From IMG/VR virus record IMGVR_UViG_3300028844_006787: DNA of 64,000 nucleotides; one strand, given 5' to 3'. Positions 37,968 to 47,797 of the stretch are shown piece by piece (position 1 is the first letter of the stretch; each line of letters opens with the position of its first letter). Under the pieces are notes generated by a model. It saw nothing but the letters and a program-made list of their open reading frames with translations. It was not told the DNA's origin and searched no databases. The DNA is from a virus (lineage: Duplodnaviria > Caudoviricetes). Made by a program: the position numbers and the translations under genes.

Positions 37968-38294
37968 CTAATCCAATAATACTTCAGGTCCTGATGATTC
38001 TCTTTCTACTATTTCAATACTATCAAATACAGAATTACGACTTCTTGCTTTTTCCACCAAATGTTGTACTTGTTGTTCATTAAGAAATTCTCCTACACGC
38101 ACAACCTTCTCTGAGAAACCAAACGGGTCAATTGAATCGTCCGATTTAAAACTACTGCTTCTTGGAACTTTCAATGATGCTTCGTTTATAAGTTTCTTTA
38201 CCTTATATGGCAAAGTAATGTTCTTAGGACAATATTCTATTGTTACTTTTATTCCTTTTGCTTTTGCTTTACCTAGACCTAGTAGATTAATCAT
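37968..38294 (-). CDS. Hypothetical protein, possible distant family member 3
   Basis: PYKVKKL...VRVGEFLN. Confidence 0.7.
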   Translation of the reverse strand: MINLLGLGKAKAKGIKVTIEYCPKNITLPYKVKKLINEASLKVPRSSSFKSDDSIDPFGFSEKVVRVGEFLNEQQVQHLVEKARSRNSVFDSIEIVERESSGPEVLLD

Positions 38295-38321
38295 AAATAT
38301 ATATATTAACTAGAAGCATTA

Positions 38322-38729
38322 TTATTTGTTATATTTACTTAAAAAATTATAGAATATAATAGTTCCTTGAGTTTTTAACCAATTTTCATATTTATGAAGA
38401 TCCATTGTTGTTCGTTTCTTAGTTGATAAATGATAATCATTATACGAAACCAAAAGATCCTCTGGAAATATCGAAGTATTGAATCTGTTATCTATAACAC
38501 TCATAGATATAGCAGTTTCATTAGTAAATTCCCACATTAAAGTATTTCTAAATGATTCTATGCCAAAAATTACCATATCTAGTTCTTCTTTAGTACACAA
38601 AAACAAATAATCGTAATTGTATCCATTGTTATCGGGATCAATTACATTATGAATATAGAATATAGATTCTTTTTTAATTTCTTCTATATCTTTTGATTCA
38701 AAATAAGATTTTCCATTAAGTTTTATCAT
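38322..38729 (-). CDS. Hypothetical protein
   Basis: 135 aa ORF. Confidence 0.65.
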   Translation of the reverse strand: MIKLNGKSYFESKDIEEIKKESIFYIHNVIDPDNNGYNYDYLFLCTKEELDMVIFGIESFRNTLMWEFTNETAISMSVIDNRFNTSIFPEDLLVSYNDYHLSTKKRTTMDLHKYENWLKTQGTIIFYNFLSKYNK

Positions 38730-38961
38730 TTTCTAGTCGTGTTAGTATGCCTTTAGATATTAAATCATAGAATTTATAGTCTGAAAGTGCTACTCTGCGT
38801 AGTTTCTGAGTATTTTTATCTTTAATTTTAAGATTAACTATGCGTTTTCCTTCAATTTCGCATATATCTATCGCATGATACACCAAATAAACGTATTGTT
38901 CTTCTACTGGGTTATAGGTAATCATTACATAATCTTGTTTTAAGGATACACTTCTCTCCAT
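38716..38961 (-). CDS. Hypothetical protein
   Basis: 81 aa ORF overlapping next gene. Confidence 0.65.
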   Translation of the reverse strand: MERSVSLKQDYVMITYNPVEEQYVYLVYHAIDICEIEGKRIVNLKIKDKNTQKLRRVALSDYKFYDLISKGILTRLENDKT

Positions 38962-39181
38962 GTATATACATATTGTTTACTTTTACCTTTTAACCAATAG
39001 TAATTTCCTCATAAAAAAATCTGTCTCCAGGATTTTTTGGATTTTTCGAGAAAAAAAACTTTTATCTACCCACCAAAAATCGATATAAGTAAGATCTGGA
39101 AGAAAAAATGGTCATCCACACAAGAGTAGAGGTGGCCGACCTAAAAATCGGGTTTTGCTTTCCTGGTTACAAAAAAAAGTT

Positions 39182-39266
39182 ATTAGGTATACTAATAGTA
39201 TATTACGAGCAACACATACCAGAGGTAAGAAATGCAACGATATATTTTGCTATTAGTATACCTAAT
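39182..39266. repeat. Perfect 17-bp inverted repeat
   Basis: ATTAGGTATACTAATAG (39182-39198) / CTATTAGTATACCTAAT (39250-39266). Confidence 0.85.
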
Positions 39267-39322
39267 GTGAATATAACTACATTAATTAGGACTTCTATGA
39301 CTTCTTTTGCTTTATTATCCAC
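39203..39322 (-). CDS. Small membrane peptide (39 aa, GTG start)
   Basis: MDNKAKEVIEVLINVVIFTLGILIAKYIVAFLTSGMCCS. Confidence 0.4.
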   Translation of the reverse strand: MDNKAKEVIEVLINVVIFTLGILIAKYIVAFLTSGMCCS

Positions 39323-39434
39323 TGCATAACAAGGAAATTGCGATTACACTTGCTACTATGGCAGCTTTTTTGCCTATTTTAATGCTTTTTTTCTTCGTTT
39401 CTTCTGTTATTATAGGCATTTTTATTCTTTTCAT
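39315..39434 (-). CDS. Small peptide (39 aa) with hydrophobic C-terminus
   Basis: TATTTATA 3 nt before ATG; MKRIKMPII...AAIVASVIAISLLCSG. Confidence 0.5.
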   Translation of the reverse strand: MKRIKMPIITEETKKKSIKIGKKAAIVASVIAISLLCSG

Positions 39435-39476
39435 ACCTATAAATATTATAAAAAGGGTATTTTTATAATAATATGC

Positions 39477-39893
39477 TTAATTATTTTTATAAAATAATGT
39501 AAAAAATGCGGTTAATCCAAGTAATACTATAAATCCTGAGAAACTATTAAGATTTTCAGTTAAAACATTGATATTTTTAACTACACTATAAAACGGTGTG
39601 TTTTCTCCGAATAGTGCTGATACTACTAAACTTAGTCCTATTACTCCTACTAATAGTATAGTAATGCTTTTTATGAATATCATAAGTGTAGATATACTAT
39701 TACTTATACTGGTATTACTATTATCGGTAGTATTATCTTTATTTGGGATTTCCGCAGGAATTTCGTAGTTGTCCCAATGCTCTTTGGGATCATAGTTTGC
39801 TAGGTCCTGCTGTTTCAGTTCTTCTGGTGTGAATTCCATAGTTTCAGGGTTTTCCTCGGAATTTCTGTTTTTTGATTTTTTTTTCTTGGGCAT
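39477..39893 (-). CDS. Membrane protein
   Basis: Hydrophilic N-half plus two TM segments. Confidence 0.7.
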   Translation of the reverse strand: MPKKKKSKNRNSEENPETMEFTPEELKQQDLANYDPKEHWDNYEIPAEIPNKDNTTDNSNTSISNSISTLMIFIKSITILLVGVIGLSLVVSALFGENTPFYSVVKNINVLTENLNSFSGFIVLLGLTAFFTLFYKNN

Positions 39894-40027
39894 AATATTT
39901 TTTGTAAGTGATTGATAATTCAGGACTTATGTAAATAATTTTTTTTATCTACTAAAAAATACCTCCCATATTAATAATGCGAATAATAGTGTGGTAAGAA
40001 GCATGACAAATAAATCAACCATGTATA

Positions 40028-40366
40028 TTAACGATTAGTAAAAGTTACAAGGACCTTTTTATTGTTTGAATCTTCAAACATCATATCACGAACTCCTATT
40101 TCAATATCATATCCACTATGCTCTAGTGTATATCCGGCCTTTTTCATGCCATTGGTAATAGCATCATTCACACAGGGTTTATCAAGAAGTTCTTTGGAAA
40201 CCATTTCCATAACTGCTTCGTTCTCAAGAATCGGAAGTTGGATTTGTAAAAACTTTTTGATTCCGTTGTAAATTTCGTTGCTTAACATATCCCGAGCAGA
40301 AGAACTTTCAAGATTCAATTGAAGTCCACTTACGTTATTTAATACATCATCTATAATTTTCTTCAT
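40028..40366 (-). CDS. Hypothetical protein
   Basis: 112 aa behind TTGACT promoter (~40398-40403). Confidence 0.7.
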   Translation of the reverse strand: MKKIIDDVLNNVSGLQLNLESSSARDMLSNEIYNGIKKFLQIQLPILENEAVMEMVSKELLDKPCVNDAITNGMKKAGYTLEHSGYDIEIGVRDMMFEDSNNKKVLVTFTNR

Positions 40367-40875
40367 ATGATAAAACTATATTATAATTTTGCGGAAAAGT
40401 CAACTCATAAGTTTTTTATACCGGTAACATAAAGATATACTGCTAATGCTATTACCGCAAGATATACTAAGATGATCATATAATCATAAATACATTCTAT
40501 AAAATATTATATGTCGATAAAAATCCATTATATAAACACATTGCATTATATACGTTTAATGTATCAACATATACACATATCATGATACCAGTAAATCAGG
40601 TCAGGTTTTATATCTTCTAATATGCGTTTCAGAACGCATTTTCTTGAAAATAAAAATACATCATTGAAATATCGTTGTGCCCATGTGCTCTATTCTTTTT
40701 TTATATTTTTTAGCACTATTTGTATCGCACCGTTAGTATTCTTTTATATGTGTGATATGTGGGTTCTTTTTGATGTATATTTTCCCAAGAAAAATGAAGT
40801 CTATTTGGGGGTATTCCTGTTCCCCTCCCACCATCCCTTGATGGTACAAAATTTCGCCCGAAAAGTCAAATGCAA

Positions 40876-41707
40876 ATAATGATAATAGTAAGGCTAGTAG
40901 TATAGGTAATAGTAATATACGCATACATAGTAATAGTAATGATCAATCATCCTTAATTTCCTCATTTTCCCCAGCACCTAGAAAAAATAATTTATAGGTC
41001 TTTTGTAAGTTGTTGCTATTCAGATATTTGCTAGCTAATATTAATTGCATTTTATTTTTTCTAGGTGCTAGGCAAAATAATCAGGTCGTTATATTGGGTG
41101 TTATGGGTATTATCATTAGTAATAGTAATAGATAATGATGCGGTGCGAAAGTGCTTGACAGAGCTAGTGTTTTTTGCTATGGGTAGCTATGGTAAAAAGT
41201 GGTGGTCGTCACGAGAACCCCCTTTATTAAAATGAATGCTTGACTATATCTGGATCCAGCAAACTACTAATAATATAATTATATACGTAAATAAATGTAT
41301 TTGCGTATCAAAGGCTATACCTTGACACCTAGAGTGCCTTTGACACCCATATAAAGGGGTATACAAGGATTTAAAAGGTAATTTGGTGGACATAGCTATA
41401 TTACCCTACTATACATGAAGTCTATATTTGTCTATTCTCTATTACTATTACTATATGGGTATTATCAGGTAACATCAACTATTATCAACTATCATATATT
41501 ATCATCAGCAATATCAATTAAGGTAGATTGGTGGGTGGGGACGACTAGCCTGATGTTATACGCATTTAGCATTTATAGACGGGTTAGACTACGTTCTTAC
41601 TATTTCATTTATATTACTATTACCTATACTATTATGTTTATTACTATTATGCGTTATGCGTATATTATCTACTTTATTACTATTACCTATATTACTATTA
41701 TCATTAT
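40876..41707. repeat. Nested inverted repeats and TAATAGTAAT iteron-like repeats (candidate origin or packaging/terminus region)
   Basis: 22-bp IR 40898-40919/41610-41631; 16-bp IR 40876-40891/41692-41707; 13-bp IR 40913-40925/41655-41667; 18-bp IR 40973-40990/41052-41069. Confidence 0.8.
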
Positions 41708-41864
41708 ACATTATTTCCGCAAAAATTTTGGGTATTTTTTCAGGCCATATCTAGTCCCCTTTTATGCGTAATTCGGTGGGCAAAAAAAACTAGCTATAAT
41801 CTGATGAAATGAAGAAGAAATCAAATGGTTGCGAAAGCAAGCATTTATTTCTTTTGAATGAAAT

Positions 41865-42497
41865 CTAAGCATCAAAAGCATAATCAAAATTCTTTAAATC
41901 CTTTGAGTATTTTGTGGTAACAATATGATATAATTCACTATTGTAATAGCATCTATAATCATGGTGGAAATTACTATTTTTGCATTTAAGTTGACTACGA
42001 GCAACACCAATATTATCACATATATTATTAAAATCATCCTGAAGATTTTCGTATCTACCGACATAATCAACACAACATTTATCACCGTCATATACATAAT
42101 CTGACATACTTCTTATATGCTGACGAATACTACATTTTCGTTGTGTATCTTCATCCCAAGAACACTTAACAAAATCATCAAATGTGATTTCCGCAAAATC
42201 TTTATGTAAGTTTTTCCTCCAAAAAAATTCCGAAACTAGTCGGTCATATGGATTTCTAACAAAAGTAAAAGTATAGTATTTTTCACGGTAATTTGTGGGA
42301 ATATACTCATACTCAATATACTCATTTATGGTAAAATGTTGACGATATAATTTATGAACTTTATCCCATCCAATAGGAAAAATTTTTCGCCCATTGGATA
42401 GTGAATCGCATATACTACTCGTTGCGGTTTTAGGAATTTGAATGTAAATAAAATTGTTAGCGGAATCAATCATTAAAAAATTTTTCTCGATTTTCAA
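41865..42497 (-). CDS. Sulfotransferase family 2 protein
   Basis: IPKTATSS (5'-PSB), FVRNPYDRLVS (3'-PB), VGRYENL; true start may be MIDSANN (~42473). Confidence 0.9.
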   Translation of the reverse strand: MKIEKNFLMIDSANNFIYIQIPKTATSSICDSLSNGRKIFPIGWDKVHKLYRQHFTINEYIEYEYIPTNYREKYYTFTFVRNPYDRLVSEFFWRKNLHKDFAEITFDDFVKCSWDEDTQRKCSIRQHIRSMSDYVYDGDKCCVDYVGRYENLQDDFNNICDNIGVARSQLKCKNSNFHHDYRCYYNSELYHIVTTKYSKDLKNFDYAFDA

Positions 42498-43161
42498 ATA
42501 GTTTTAAATGAAAAATATTGGGTCTTTTATATAAAAAAGAATACTCACAAGATTTTCCTTTATTTGCTGAATGTGGTATATTTTCATTGATTTGCACCAT
42601 GTTGTTGATGGTAGATTTTATAGCATCATCGGTATCATATAACTCACATAATGTATTGTGTATTGTAAATAATTTCCACTCATAATCATGGTTCGTGTAT
42701 TTAGATATAAACAAATTCTTCCATGATTTTATTAAATGATCATTCGGATTATTATTGGTAATATACCAACTTGTTGTTTCTTTATTTCCTTTGTCTGTAA
42801 TACTTCTTGGAACAAATCTATATGTAAAAAAATTCGTTTCATTCACTGTATTAAAAAAAATTTCCTCGAATTTTTGATTGCAATACACACTTGCATCTGT
42901 CCAAGTTCCACCATATTTTTCTAGTAAAATCAAACGAAGCAAATCTGATTTTGCCTGAATTCTACGATAAGGAGAGTTGTTTATTATATCATAATACTCG
43001 GGTGCATATTCTTTTATATTATCATCGTGTAATAATATAAAGTTCTTGTGGTGACTATTTTTTAACCAAGAATTATAGCAGATACTATTTTTTGTATCAT
43101 TCATTAAATTGTCAATTCCTTGAAACCAACACATCCATATAATATGATTATCCAAGTTCAT
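42466..43161 (-). CDS. Capsular polysaccharide synthesis protein (Caps_synth/GT32-like)
   Basis: IWMCWFQG, SDLLRLILLEKYGGTWTDA. Confidence 0.88.
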   Translation of the reverse strand: MNLDNHIIWMCWFQGIDNLMNDTKNSICYNSWLKNSHHKNFILLHDDNIKEYAPEYYDIINNSPYRRIQAKSDLLRLILLEKYGGTWTDASVYCNQKFEEIFFNTVNETNFFTYRFVPRSITDKGNKETTSWYITNNNPNDHLIKSWKNLFISKYTNHDYEWKLFTIHNTLCELYDTDDAIKSTINNMVQINENIPHSANKGKSCEYSFLYKRPNIFHLKLFENREKFFND

Positions 43162-43690
43162 AACCTAATTTCTTAAAGTCTTTATAGTACATATCACCTA
43201 CAATTTTCATCGTCTCGTTGGTATAATAATCAATATATGATGTATGATTTGTTTTATTGATATGAACATTTGCATTTTGCATATTGAATTTGTTGAGTAA
43301 ATTATTTAAATCATTTTCATAGTTTTCAAGTTTTCCCACAAAATTTATGTCGTTTGGAAAAAGTGTAGATTGCAACCGAATATGTCTATCACACGAATTC
43401 AAATCAAGATTCCTTATTTCATAAATAAATTCTGTAAAACTATTACAATGACGGTACGAATATAATCCACCTTTGGTTTTATTAACAATTTTGTCTATAT
43501 ATGCAGAAAGCAATCTATCAAATGGATTTCTAACAAATGCCCATGAATAGTAACTTTGGTAATTATGAATTATACTTCTAAATTTTACCGGTTGAAACTC
43601 AAAAATATTAAACATACTTCGTGTCGCACATTTAGGCACTATAAAGTAAATAAACTTATTTTGCTCGTTAACTTGGTATAAATATTTCAT
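43148..43690 (-). CDS. Sulfotransferase family 2 protein
   Basis: VPKCATRS, FVRNPFDRLLSAY, FVGKLEN. Confidence 0.9.
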   Translation of the reverse strand: MKYLYQVNEQNKFIYFIVPKCATRSMFNIFEFQPVKFRSIIHNYQSYYSWAFVRNPFDRLLSAYIDKIVNKTKGGLYSYRHCNSFTEFIYEIRNLDLNSCDRHIRLQSTLFPNDINFVGKLENYENDLNNLLNKFNMQNANVHINKTNHTSYIDYYTNETMKIVGDMYYKDFKKLGYELG

Positions 43691-44364
43691 AGTAAGTCAA
43701 ATGAAATTCCACCGTTGATACTTACAAGTTCTGAAATTATTTGGGAAAATCCACCAAATGATTGCTTGAAGTATTTTGCGTTTGCCATATAACAGAAATC
43801 TACATCAATGTTTTCGTTGGAAATTATACTATAACTTATATTTTGTTGTTTTATTTGAGTTTCAATATCGTTTAGAATATCCAAACTTTTAATTTTTGCG
43901 TCATCCTCATACAAATATCTATTTCTTGCAACATCATTCCCAAAATGTAATGCAGTTACGATAGTAGCATTATTGATATTATATTCATTAAATAAATCAT
44001 TGCTTATTAAATCGGAATACTTTCTTTTTACACTTTCATAACTAAATTTACTTTTTCTGTGTAATGTATTTCCAACAATATCACCAAGACGAACATGAAC
44101 GACCAATTCATTTTGATGAGGAATTTTTAAGTGGTTTTTGTTGATGTAGGTTTTAATACAATCGTTCAATAAAGTATAATCTTTTTCATTAGACTTATGG
44201 ATTAGATAGTCATACAATATTGTATTTTGATATTTTTTATTATTTAAAATCTCTTCACGATCTTTTTTAAACCTAGGACCGTTGCAAAGAAATATATCTC
44301 CAATGCGATATACAGAATTACTTTTTAATATAGCAATATCGTTCATAAAATATATCTTGATCAA
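43687..44364 (-). CDS. Putative glycosyltransferase (GT11-like HxRxGD motif)
   Basis: VVHVRLGD, DFCYMANA, GGFS. Confidence 0.6.
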   Translation of the reverse strand: MIKIYFMNDIAILKSNSVYRIGDIFLCNGPRFKKDREEILNNKKYQNTILYDYLIHKSNEKDYTLLNDCIKTYINKNHLKIPHQNELVVHVRLGDIVGNTLHRKSKFSYESVKRKYSDLISNDLFNEYNINNATIVTALHFGNDVARNRYLYEDDAKIKSLDILNDIETQIKQQNISYSIISNENIDVDFCYMANAKYFKQSFGGFSQIISELVSINGGISFDLL

Positions 44365-44840
44365 AATATTTTGACCTGTGATGATGTCTTGAATTTAAAA
44401 TTTTCTACAACATGAGAAAAAGTAATAAATATTCCTGAACCATTTTCTGTCATATTATGAATTGCAGGTAAACTTAAAAAATATGGGTATGCGTGTTTAT
44501 CAGTTCCAATTATCATACGATACATTTCAGTTTCATTGATATTTTCTGTGCTATGAGTGAATGTAATAATGTGTCCTTCACTTAAACCAAATGTTGGCAA
44601 CAAATTTAATTTATTTTGCTTTTCTACTCGTTGAACATTTACATCAATTTTGCGTATAAATGGTAAATTATTTGTTGAGGTATGATTAGTATCATATTCA
44701 TCGGAATAATCAAAAGTAAACTCAACCAATAAATCATCAAATTTGGTATTTCCGAGTTTAATTTGAGTAGGACAACAATATGAATTACCAAGTGGATCAA
44801 TGTGTTTTTGAAATTGGCATATAAATATATCATCAAGCAT
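44361..44840 (-). CDS. Hypothetical protein
   Basis: 159 aa ORF. Confidence 0.6.
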   Translation of the reverse strand: MLDDIFICQFQKHIDPLGNSYCCPTQIKLGNTKFDDLLVEFTFDYSDEYDTNHTSTNNLPFIRKIDVNVQRVEKQNKLNLLPTFGLSEGHIITFTHSTENINETEMYRMIIGTDKHAYPYFLSLPAIHNMTENGSGIFITFSHVVENFKFKTSSQVKIF

Positions 44841-44883
44841 GATACTATAATATTACTCAATGAATAAATTGGCAAGTTTATTG

Positions 44884-47091
44884 TTATTTCTTAAAAAAAC
44901 TTAAAATCTTACTATTAAACTTAGATACATCTACTCCATTTTTCAAACAAAGTAAACGGTATTTGAGATTTGAATTAAACCACCCATTATACAAATTATT
45001 TATAGTCATCAGAAATGTTTTTTTCTCTTTGCTAATATATTTTGCTTCCATTGAATTGTGATTTAAATTTTCCACAATAAACAAATTGTTGTTTTTTTCA
45101 TAAGATTCAAAAATTGTTTGTGAGTAGGTGGTTGTCTGTGCAATTTCTAATACTTTTGAATTTTTATTTATGCAATTAAAAAGAAATTGAGGGTTTTCAA
45201 ATTCTGTAAATACTACAATATATTTTGATGTTCCTAGAAAATGCATAAATTTATCTACAAGTTTTCCACTTTCGTTATGTGAAACCACCAAATCAATATT
45301 TTTTTCTTTGCAATATGCTTGAAGATTTTGATGTAATTTAGAAAATGTTTCCTCAAGATATTTACATTCACTATGTGGTTTGAGTATTATCAGTCTTTCG
45401 TGTAAGTTATTTTTATTATTATTTTTACACCGAACTTCTCTTATTTTTTGCAAACCATTTAAATTCATTTCTGATAGAATTGGTGAGCATATTGTCAATT
45501 TAGTATTATCTAATAGCAACTCCTTACCATTTTCTAAAATTTCAAAATGTGAAGGTAATAAATCAGCATAATCCATAAAATGATTAGGTGGATTTACTAA
45601 ATAAATTTTATCAAATTTTCCTTTATTCATAGAAATCATACTCAGTAAATTTGATGTAACTAAATGCAATTTAATCTTCCAAAAAGTCTTAATTGACTCA
45701 ACCGGTACCTGTAAATTATTTCTAATATCATTTTCATTTAGGCAAATTACTAAAACATTTTCCTCGTGTAAAGTATATGAATTTATATCATCCGATTCTT
45801 TTGTTATTAGAATCTTACCATTTATACTTTGAAGTTTACACAATGAATTAAATATATATTCATCGTTGAATTTAGAGTAATCATCATTCTTATTTTTTAC
45901 ACAATCGGCATATTTTTTAATATATTCTTTAGCATATGAATTCCCAAAATAAATCGTTTCGGTATTTAAATTGTTATATTTAATAAAATTAAATAACAAG
46001 GTATCCCATTCTGTTCTAGTTTTGAAGATTTTTTTTGTCTCTTCACTTAAATCATTATAATTTAAGGTTTTTACTTTTTCTTTATTTTTGTTATGTTTTA
46101 GCATATTCTCCCAGTTGACTGGTGCCACATCTTTTATGAAATAATAATTTATTAAAATTTTATTTATCAAAATTTCAATATTGTCTAGTGTTGCTAATTC
46201 AAAATCACTTATTTCATCTAAAAAACTATCAAATATTTTTTTTGTCAGTTTAAACTCCACACCGTCACCTATATTATTAAAATTTCTAAATATCCAATCT
46301 TCCTCAAATTCTTCAGATTTTACATATTCATCAAATGTTTTGGAAATTATACCAAGGTGTGTTTTCTCGTGTATAGATGCGTCTGACTTTAAATAATTAT
46401 ACAAACTTCTATGCCTCTCAAATACATCCCTCACAACCATGAAATTTTTAAATTTAAGATTTTGAGATTCTAAAAATTTATTAAGGTCATTTCTATATAT
46501 AAACCCACTACTACATATCTCTATAAATAATATTTTTACATTTTTTTCTATAAAATTAAAATTTAAAAAGTCTTGAAAACTAATAGTATATTGATAATCA
46601 TATCTTGCATCTCCTATTAGTTTATTCTTAGATTTCAAATTGAAAGTATTTTTTAAAAATTCTACTTTTGTTTTTTTATTTTTATTAATATCATGCAACA
46701 AATTTGCATTATCTTCTAGCACGTTATCAAAACCTTTTCCTTTGTCAGTTTCATTGTATCTCACAAATAATTTTAATTTATCTAAATAAGAATCATCACC
46801 TGCACTGAAATAAATTTTAAATAGTAAATTTGAATTTTCATCTAATACTACTAGTTTATTTTTTTTATATGTATGTTTAAACTCATTTAGATTACTCCCC
46901 TCATCAATTCTCCGCATAGTATAATCTAAGTTTTGATTAATTTTGCTACTAAAATATGTTCCCGCACATTTATGAATATGATAGAAAATTGGTATTATTT
47001 TAATTTTATCCAAGAATGAGTCAATTTTATATTCAAACTTATCAACTAAACTTTTGTTAAAATTAATAATTGGTTCAAATTTGTTTTCCAT
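44884..47091 (-). CDS. Multidomain protein: N-terminal sulfotransferase-like domain plus C-terminal putative glycosyltransferase-like domain
   Basis: FYHIHKCAGT and VVRDVFERHRSLYNY; C-terminal FLFNC...SKVLEI weakly GT61-like. Confidence 0.65.
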   Translation of the reverse strand: MENKFEPIINFNKSLVDKFEYKIDSFLDKIKIIPIFYHIHKCAGTYFSSKINQNLDYTMRRIDEGSNLNEFKHTYKKNKLVVLDENSNLLFKIYFSAGDDSYLDKLKLFVRYNETDKGKGFDNVLEDNANLLHDINKNKKTKVEFLKNTFNLKSKNKLIGDARYDYQYTISFQDFLNFNFIEKNVKILFIEICSSGFIYRNDLNKFLESQNLKFKNFMVVRDVFERHRSLYNYLKSDASIHEKTHLGIISKTFDEYVKSEEFEEDWIFRNFNNIGDGVEFKLTKKIFDSFLDEISDFELATLDNIEILINKILINYYFIKDVAPVNWENMLKHNKNKEKVKTLNYNDLSEETKKIFKTRTEWDTLLFNFIKYNNLNTETIYFGNSYAKEYIKKYADCVKNKNDDYSKFNDEYIFNSLCKLQSINGKILITKESDDINSYTLHEENVLVICLNENDIRNNLQVPVESIKTFWKIKLHLVTSNLLSMISMNKGKFDKIYLVNPPNHFMDYADLLPSHFEILENGKELLLDNTKLTICSPILSEMNLNGLQKIREVRCKNNNKNNLHERLIILKPHSECKYLEETFSKLHQNLQAYCKEKNIDLVVSHNESGKLVDKFMHFLGTSKYIVVFTEFENPQFLFNCINKNSKVLEIAQTTTYSQTIFESYEKNNNLFIVENLNHNSMEAKYISKEKKTFLMTINNLYNGWFNSNLKYRLLCLKNGVDVSKFNSKILSFFKK

Positions 47092-47142
47092 AACTAATAT
47101 AAATATTAAATATATTATATTTATAACTTAGGAGATGTAATA

Positions 47143-47790
47143 ATGAGTGATAAAAAGTTTAAAAATATATGTTGGAGCTGTTTTGCGTTTTTTACGTTGG
47201 CAGTTGGTTCGGTTTTTTTGATGTTTTCATGTAAACCAACCGCAAATGTAAGAGATTTAGTGGAAATTCCAACTATGTCCAAAGAGCAATATGATAAAGA
47301 TCATAAAAATCATTTGGATCGTTATGACATAGGAAGACATTTCAATCATAAGAAATCAAAAAACTGGGTTCCTACCAAAGTTCCTACTGATTTTAAAGTA
47401 GTTATGTTAGATACTCGTTATCGTGTTTCTGATTATTATCATTTTCGCAAATTTAATTCATGGTTCAAGAAACTATTATTTGAAACAGGAATTCAAGCAG
47501 GAGTAGAAAGCAATCATCAAGCACTTGATTGTGATAACTTTGCAATGTTATACAAATCACTTATGGGTGTTAGTGCATATAAAAGTGGTGATGAACTTGA
47601 AATAGGTGTTGCAGTTGTTGTTGTAAAACAAGTCAACGAATTTGGTGGAATACCAGGAACCGGTGGACTTCACATGGTCAATTTGGTATTCACCAACCAA
47701 GGATGGTTTATATTTGAACCACAAACAGGTGACTTTATTTTATTGGAAGATTATCCAAATCAAGAATTCGTTCAATATATGATTCTATAA
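47143..47790 (+). CDS. Lipoprotein with papain/transglutaminase-like Cys-His-Glu triad
   Basis: Hydrophobic leader ending FLMFSC; DCDNFA, HMVN, FEPQ. Confidence 0.7.
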   Translation: MSDKKFKNICWSCFAFFTLAVGSVFLMFSCKPTANVRDLVEIPTMSKEQYDKDHKNHLDRYDIGRHFNHKKSKNWVPTKVPTDFKVVMLDTRYRVSDYYHFRKFNSWFKKLLFETGIQAGVESNHQALDCDNFAMLYKSLMGVSAYKSGDELEIGVAVVVVKQVNEFGGIPGTGGLHMVNLVFTNQGWFIFEPQTGDFILLEDYPNQEFVQYMIL

Positions 47791-47797
47791 TTTTTTT

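Noticed and set aside
40622-40924. ORFs 40733..40924 (-) with signal-peptide look and 40622..40879 (+)
   Set aside because: The Leu-rich start is the repeat sequence, and the frame runs through a TTGACT-N17-TACCAT promoter.
40876-41707. CRISPR array or transposon ends
   Set aside because: Repeats are short, irregularly spaced and inverted; no constant repeat-spacer period and no transposase.
41415-41771. 118-aa hydrophobic ORF on + strand
   Set aside because: Its I/T/Y-rich sequence is a by-product of the ATTACT repeats; no family resemblance.
41790-41870. CTGATGA...GAAA resembling a hammerhead ribozyme core around a long GAAA-capped hairpin
   Set aside because: Stem II base is mismatched and no stem I/III partners or NUH site could be found; more simply a terminator-like hairpin after the sulfotransferase gene.
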